From Clostridia bacterium (lineage in GTDB: Bacteria > Bacillota > Clostridia > Oscillospirales > Acutalibacteraceae): DNA of 64,000 nt. The number at the start of each line of letters is the position of its first letter. Within the stretch, counting starts at the first letter, position 1. The stretch lies in contig JAFQKF010000021.1 of the NCBI GenBank assembly GCA_017397105.1, positions 4,895-68,894 of the forward strand. The letters run 5' to 3'. Shown piece by piece: positions 58,977 to 64,000 of this stretch. The notes beneath the pieces were generated by a model, which did no database searches, had not been told where the DNA came from, and saw nothing but the letters and a program-made list of their open reading frames with translations. Made by a program: the position numbers and the translations under genes.

Positions 58977-59987
58977 TCAGCGCTCCTCGCGGAAATAAGC
59001 AAGTCCGAGAGCTGAAGGAGGCTGATTCTCTTTTTTCTTATGAACGCTTGAGATTATAAGAACAATAATTGTTACAAGATAAGGCACAGCTTCAAGCAAT
59101 GAGCTCTGCGCAGAGGTCATCTTGATACCGAAAACAACAATGTAATTATAAAGCCAATAGCAAAGGCCGAAAATAAATGAACCCCAGATGAGATTGATAG
59201 GACGCCATACAGCGAAGATTACAAGCGCTACCGCGAGCCAACCGAGTGCCTGCAAACCGCCTGCAGCACCCGTGGACCAGCCGCCGTAGTTATAATCAAG
59301 GATATAATACGCGCCGCCGAGACCTGCAATACCCGCACCGATTGAAGTGGCAAGATACTTATACTTTGAAACGTTGATGCCTGCGGCGTCTGCTGTTGCC
59401 GGGTTTTCACCAACTGCCCTGAGGTTAAGGCCTGCCTTGGTTTTCTTAAGGAAGAAAGCCATCACAACAGCAATGATTATTGCAAGATAAAGCATAAATC
59501 CGTGAGAGCAAAGGAATGCCTCAGCAATCTGTGCCGCTGTGCTTTCGCCGAAATCAAGAGGAATGGTTTTGCAGAAGAGGCTGTTTGCATAAGTAGCCTT
59601 GACGGTAACAACACCTTCAGGAATAATGAAAGTTCCGAAAAACTTCGCAAGACCTGTTCCGAAAATGGTCATTGCAAGGCCCGTAACGTTCTGATTTGCC
59701 CTGAGAGTTGTGGTAAGGAAGCAGAAAAGCATTCCTGCCAGAGCAGAGAAAAAGAATGCACAGAAAAGCGCAATGGCTATAGTAAGAACAGGGTTAGGAT
59801 TTTCTATGTTCATTTCATAAAGATAGGTGCAGCCAAATCCGAAAGCACCGCCAATGCACATGATACCGGGAGTTCCGAGGTTCATATTACCTGATTTTTC
59901 GGTAAGTGTTTCACCCAGAGAGCCGTACATGATAACAGCGCCGAAAAGGATGGCTCTTACTATCCATGACAGTACGGTACTAAGCAT
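58977..59987 (-). CDS. Nucleoside/sugar (CUT2-type) ABC transporter permease
   Basis: GETLTEKSG.NLG, ANQNVTG, LRAVGENP..ADAAGI, GWLAVALV, PYLVTI; start ATG 59987. Confidence 0.9.
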   Translation of the reverse strand: MLSTVLSWIVRAILFGAVIMYGSLGETLTEKSGNMNLGTPGIMCIGGAFGFGCTYLYEMNIENPNPVLTIAIALFCAFFFSALAGMLFCFLTTTLRANQNVTGLAMTIFGTGLAKFFGTFIIPEGVVTVKATYANSLFCKTIPLDFGESTAAQIAEAFLCSHGFMLYLAIIIAVVMAFFLKKTKAGLNLRAVGENPATADAAGINVSKYKYLATSIGAGIAGLGGAYYILDYNYGGWSTGAAGGLQALGWLAVALVIFAVWRPINLIWGSFIFGLCYWLYNYIVVFGIKMTSAQSSLLEAVPYLVTIIVLIISSVHKKKENQPPSALGLAYFREER

Positions 59988-61167
59988 TCTGCGCACCTCC
60001 CTTGGCTGATTTTTTCCTGAAGATATTCTTAACCGCATCGCAGAAAACAAGGCGGTAATTGAGGAAGAATGCACCGCCAATGATGCAGAAAAGAACAATG
60101 CCTATCATTACGTTACCTGCGCCGACTGAAAATTCAGGGAAGCTGTTACCAAGCTGACCGGTTCCTTTTTCAAGGAAGAGGATAAGCAACGAAATGAAAA
60201 TCATACCGATTGTATTGAAGTTTGCAAGCCATGCAACGATGATTGCGGTAAAGCCGTAACCGTTTGTAACAGTGTGCACAGCCTCGGCTGAATAGGCAAT
60301 GGAATGATTCTGAGCCGCAACGGTAAGACCGCCGCAAAGGCCGCAGATTGCACCGGAAATGGCCATTGTTCTGATAATAACCTTTTTAACGTTGATGCCT
60401 GCATACCTTGCGGTATTTGCAGAGTCACCGATAACAGAGATTTCATAGCCGTGCTTTGTCTTCTTAAGATAGAAGTACATTATGAAAGCAAGAGCCACAA
60501 AAATTATAATATTCCAGGTATAGCTGTGATCGAGCAGCGAAGGGAACCAGGTTTCTTTATCAAACGTGGGAAGTGCCGAAAGCTTACCCTTCCACATATT
60601 GTAGAAATAGTCCATTATCTTCATTGCAACGTAATTCATCATAAGCGTGAAAAGAGTTTCATTTGTGCCGAAATACGCTTTGAAAACAGCAGGAATAATG
60701 CCCCACACCGCACCTGCGATAATGCAAACGGTAATCATAACAACAAGCATCATTGGCTTTGACATACTGCCTGCATAATCGTGCATGATAATTGCGGTTG
60801 CAAGGCCGCCGATTACAACCTGCCCCTCAGCGCCGATATTCCAGAATTTCATTTTGAATGCGGGAGTAAGAGCAACCGAGATACAAAGAAGCTTAGCGGC
60901 ATAAATTGCGGTATCCCACATCATGATACGCATACTTCTTTCGTTGCCCGGAATACCGAAAGTACCGTTCCACATCTGACTGAGAGCTTCACCGATTGAG
61001 ATTTCACCCTTGCCGACAATAAGTATGTATGCCGAGCAGATAAGAAGCGCCGCAAGAAGCGAGCCGGCTCTTACCGCTACGGAGCGTTTACGGGAAGGAG
61101 TTCCCTTTTTGACAATGCGCACAAAAGGCTCACGGTTAGCATCCTCATGTTTTTTTGCTTTAGCCAT
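59980..61167 (-). CDS. Nucleoside/sugar (CUT2-type) ABC transporter permease
   Basis: WNIGAEGQ, NETLFTLMMNY, ARYAGI, GYGFTAIIVAWL. Confidence 0.9.
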   Translation of the reverse strand: MAKAKKHEDANREPFVRIVKKGTPSRKRSVAVRAGSLLAALLICSAYILIVGKGEISIGEALSQMWNGTFGIPGNERSMRIMMWDTAIYAAKLLCISVALTPAFKMKFWNIGAEGQVVIGGLATAIIMHDYAGSMSKPMMLVVMITVCIIAGAVWGIIPAVFKAYFGTNETLFTLMMNYVAMKIMDYFYNMWKGKLSALPTFDKETWFPSLLDHSYTWNIIIFVALAFIMYFYLKKTKHGYEISVIGDSANTARYAGINVKKVIIRTMAISGAICGLCGGLTVAAQNHSIAYSAEAVHTVTNGYGFTAIIVAWLANFNTIGMIFISLLILFLEKGTGQLGNSFPEFSVGAGNVMIGIVLFCIIGGAFFLNYRLVFCDAVKNIFRKKSAKGGAQNA

Positions 61168-62713
61168 TAAGAGTCTCCTCCTCTCTCATATTAGTCATAA
61201 GCAGACCGATTTCTGCCTTTGTGGCAGTTCTTGCGTCAACAATTCCGTTTACCTTGCCTGCGCAAAGAACCATAATTTTATCAGCAAATGCAAGCAGAAC
61301 GTCAAGGTCCTCGCCTACAAAAATAACTGCAACGCCTTTTTTCTTCTGCTCATCAAGAAGATGATAGATAGTAAGTGAGGTGTTGATATCAAGACCTCTT
61401 ACCGCATAGGCGGTCATAAGTACGCTGGGAGTCGCAGCAATCTCTCTGCCTATGAGCACCTTCTGAACGTTGCCGCCGGAAAGATTCCTTATGGGAGTAT
61501 CGATGCCGGGAGTTACAACTTCGAGTTCTTCCTTGATCTCATTGGCAAGCTTACGTGAGTATTTTTTATCCGCAAAAATGCCCTTGCCGCGCTTATAATA
61601 ACGAAGCATCATATTTTCGGTCATACCCATAGAGCCTACAAGACCCATGCCGAGTCTGTCCTCAGGCACGAACGAAAGAGCAACACCGAGCTCACGGATT
61701 TTTCTGGGGGATTTGCCAATGAGTTCCTTGGCTTTTGTGCTTCCCTCAGGGTAATAGGTTATGCTTGAACCGGGTGCAGCAGTCTGCAAGCCGGCAATAG
61801 CTTCAAGCAATTCCTTCTGGCCACAGCCTGAAATACCTGCAATGCCAAGCACCTCGCCGCTGTTAGCGGTAAAGGAAATGTTATCAAGCACGGATATACC
61901 ATCCGCATTCTTACAGGTAAGGTTCTTTACTATAAGTCTGGGCTTGGGGTCAACAGGCTCGGAGCGTTCAATATCAAGATCAACCTTCTGACCTACCATC
62001 ATCTCGGTAAGCGACATTTCGGTTGCATCCTTGGTTTCAACCGTGCCTGCAAGCTCGCCCTTGCGAAGGATCGTTACTCTGTCCGAAACAGAAAGCACTT
62101 CATTGAGCTTATGGGTAATGATGATTATGCTCTTACCGTCATCACGCATATTGCGAATAACCTTGAAAAGCCTTTCCGCTTCCTGAGGAGTAAGAACGGC
62201 TGTGGGTTCATCGAGAATAAGGATATCCGCTCCCCTGTAAAGCACTTTTATAATCTCAAGCGTCTGCTTCTGCGAAACGCTCATATTATAAACCTTCTGC
62301 TCAGGGTCAAGATCAAAGCCGTACTTATCGCATATATCTTTAATTCTGGCGGCAACAGCCTTAAGACTGTATTTGCCCTTTTCATTCATAGCAAGGGCTA
62401 CGTTCTCCACCGCCGTGAAAATATCTACCAATTTAAAATGCTGGTGAATCATTCCGATGCCGTTTTCAAAAGCATCCTTTGGAGAGCGAATAGAAACCTG
62501 CTCACCTTTGATTAAGATTTCACCCTTATCGGGGAAATAAATGCCTGAAAGCATATTCATAAGGGTTGTTTTACCGCTGCCGTTTTCGCCCAGCAGTGAG
62601 AGGATTTCACCCTTATAAGTAATAAAATCTACATCCTTATTGGCAACAACTGAGCCGAAGGTTTTGGTGATGTTGCGCATTTCGACTGCAATTTGCTTTT
62701 GTTTTTGCTCCAT
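61160..62713 (-). CDS. ABC transporter ATP-binding protein (two nucleotide-binding domains, CUT2)
   Basis: GENGSGKTT, HQHF, LDEPT, ITHKL, PEDR, LSGGNVQK. Confidence 0.93.
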   Translation of the reverse strand: MEQKQKQIAVEMRNITKTFGSVVANKDVDFITYKGEILSLLGENGSGKTTLMNMLSGIYFPDKGEILIKGEQVSIRSPKDAFENGIGMIHQHFKLVDIFTAVENVALAMNEKGKYSLKAVAARIKDICDKYGFDLDPEQKVYNMSVSQKQTLEIIKVLYRGADILILDEPTAVLTPQEAERLFKVIRNMRDDGKSIIIITHKLNEVLSVSDRVTILRKGELAGTVETKDATEMSLTEMMVGQKVDLDIERSEPVDPKPRLIVKNLTCKNADGISVLDNISFTANSGEVLGIAGISGCGQKELLEAIAGLQTAAPGSSITYYPEGSTKAKELIGKSPRKIRELGVALSFVPEDRLGMGLVGSMGMTENMMLRYYKRGKGIFADKKYSRKLANEIKEELEVVTPGIDTPIRNLSGGNVQKVLIGREIAATPSVLMTAYAVRGLDINTSLTIYHLLDEQKKKGVAVIFVGEDLDVLLAFADKIMVLCAGKVNGIVDARTATKAEIGLLMTNMREEETLNG

Positions 62714-62759
62714 ATTCTTCCCTCACATCAGTGCTTTTGCAATACTGTTAATCCAAAAG

Positions 62760-62787
62760 AGGGAAGCCTCCGCCTGAAGGCTTCCCT
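62760..62787 (-). terminator. Intra-operon stem-loop after the BMP gene
   Basis: AGGGAAGCCT...AGGCTTCCCT followed by CTTTT on the minus strand. Confidence 0.65.
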
Positions 62788-62807
62788 GCGTGTAGTAAAA
62801 TCAAACC

Positions 62808-64000
62808 TTATTCAGCTTCGTAATCGGAAGCGATTTCGGTGATGCCGTCGATACGGATATCGAAATAGGGTGCGGAACGAAGAACAGACTCATCAAAATA
62901 GGTAACTCCGTTTTCAGTCTTGATGCACTCTGCGCCGTTCATGCCGTAAGCTGCGGTGTAAGTGGTGAGATTCTTGCCGTCTACGGTAAACTTGGAGCAG
63001 TCAAATACCTTAAGAGAACCGTCCTTGATAGCAGCGATAGCAGCATCAGCAGCTTCCTTGGTGCCTTCTGCGCAGGCAACGCCGAGCTCTGTGCAGCAAA
63101 CTGCATCTTCACTGTAGCCTTCAGACCAATCCTGAGGAACCTGCTTGCCTTCAAGAACTGCTCTGAAGAGAGTTTCGTAATAAGCTTCCCAATTGTTGGA
63201 AGCAGATGTAAGAGCTACGTCGGGAGCAACGTCAAGCATGGATACGTTGTAACCAACGGAGAAGCACATGGTGTTTGTGCCTGCTGCATGTGCCTTCTGA
63301 ACAGCTGCGGGAGCACCTGTTGAGTCAGCGTGCTGGCCGATGATTACGCAACCCTGCTCAAGGAGATATTCGCCAACAGCAGCTTCTCTCTCCTCGCTGA
63401 ACCAGGAGTTTGTGTACTTAACAATCATTTCAACGTTTTCAACAACGCTCTTTATGCCAAGATAAAATGCGGTATAGCCGGAAACAACTTCTGCATAGTT
63501 GAATGCACCTACATAACCAACCTTGATAGCACCGTTCTCGGTATAAGCGTTGGGATAATCGTCAGCGTTGAGGTCGCCCGAATCAAGGAGAGCCTTAAGC
63601 TTTGTACCTGCGATAACACCGGAGATATATCTTGACTCATAAACGTCTGTGAATGCGTTTACATAGTTGGGAAGACCTGCACTTGCTGCAAGGTCACCGG
63701 TCATGGAAACGAAGGTAATGTCGGGGTTATCCTCAATAACGGTACCCATGTTGAACTGATGACCGTAAGAGTTTGTGATGATGATATCACATCCGCTTGC
63801 GATAAGGTTGTTTGCGTTAGTTTCAACGGAGGTATCCTCGGGAATCTTCTTCTTGTACTCAATGGTAACTGTTGCGCCCTCAGCTTCAAGAGCTGCTGCA
63901 GCTGCCTCAATGCCGTTCATGTGAGCGAGAGTGTAACCCTCGGTTTCGTCACCGATAAGGATAGCGCCAACCTTGAGTGATGATGCGCCTGTGTTTTCGC
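62808..64000 (-). CDS. BMP/Bmp-family nucleoside-binding protein, 5' end outside the window
   Basis: Frame stays open to the edge (ENTGASSLKVGAILIGDETEGYTLAHMNG); NSYGH, YESRYISG, AFYLG, SWF, QHADS. Confidence 0.88.
   Translation of the reverse strand, partial: ENTGASSLKVGAILIGDETEGYTLAHMNGIEAAAAALEAEGATVTIEYKKKIPEDTSVETNANNLIASGCDIIITNSYGHQFNMGTVIEDNPDITFVSMTGDLAASAGLPNYVNAFTDVYESRYISGVIAGTKLKALLDSGDLNADDYPNAYTENGAIKVGYVGAFNYAEVVSGYTAFYLGIKSVVENVEMIVKYTNSWFSEEREAAVGEYLLEQGCVIIGQHADSTGAPAAVQKAHAAGTNTMCFSVGYNVSMLDVAPDVALTSASNNWEAYYETLFRAVLEGKQVPQDWSEGYSEDAVCCTELGVACAEGTKEAADAAIAAIKDGSLKVFDCSKFTVDGKNLTTYTAAYGMNGAECIKTENGVTYFDESVLRSAPYFDIRIDGITEIASDYEAE

Noticed and set aside
1-64000. tRNA, rRNA, IS, integrase, prophage or defence genes
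   Set aside because: None recognised. Intergenic gaps are short, and apart from mazF the ORFs are housekeeping, metabolic, sporulation or envelope proteins.

Overview
This is a chromosomal window from a spore-forming, anaerobic, Clostridia-type bacterium (inferred from spoIIIAA-AH, hisZ/short hisG, the 2-oxoacid:ferredoxin oxidoreductase and sigmaA-type promoters). Most of it is core genome. That includes a partial GDPD gene, the his and pyr operons, tyrS, the spoIIIA-nusB-xseAB-ispA-dxs-tlyA-nadK-argR-recN block, a YfhO-family gene, uvrBA, nnr, GH95, ylmH and a BMP-type nucleoside ABC transporter. I saw no tRNA, rRNA, CRISPR array, transposase or integrase. Three loci stand out. (1) An operon at 44.8-53.7 kb encodes a LeuA homolog that has lost its catalytic residues but kept the C-terminal regulatory domain, a TIM-barrel isomerase fused to an acyl-CoA synthetase, IlvE, a P-loop NTPase, a ferredoxin plus Vor-type oxidoreductase and an XRE-cupin regulator. 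It is a candidate route between branched-chain fatty acids and branched-chain amino acids, possibly with a pseudoenzyme as sensor. (2) A non-coding element of about 200 bp at 16.3-16.5 kb has 9-bp repeats in two oppositely oriented arms, each separated by a different mini-hairpin, and can fold into a fishbone of four-way junctions. (3) An orphan mazF has no adjacent antitoxin gene. All family calls come from motif recognition by eye; no database search was run.
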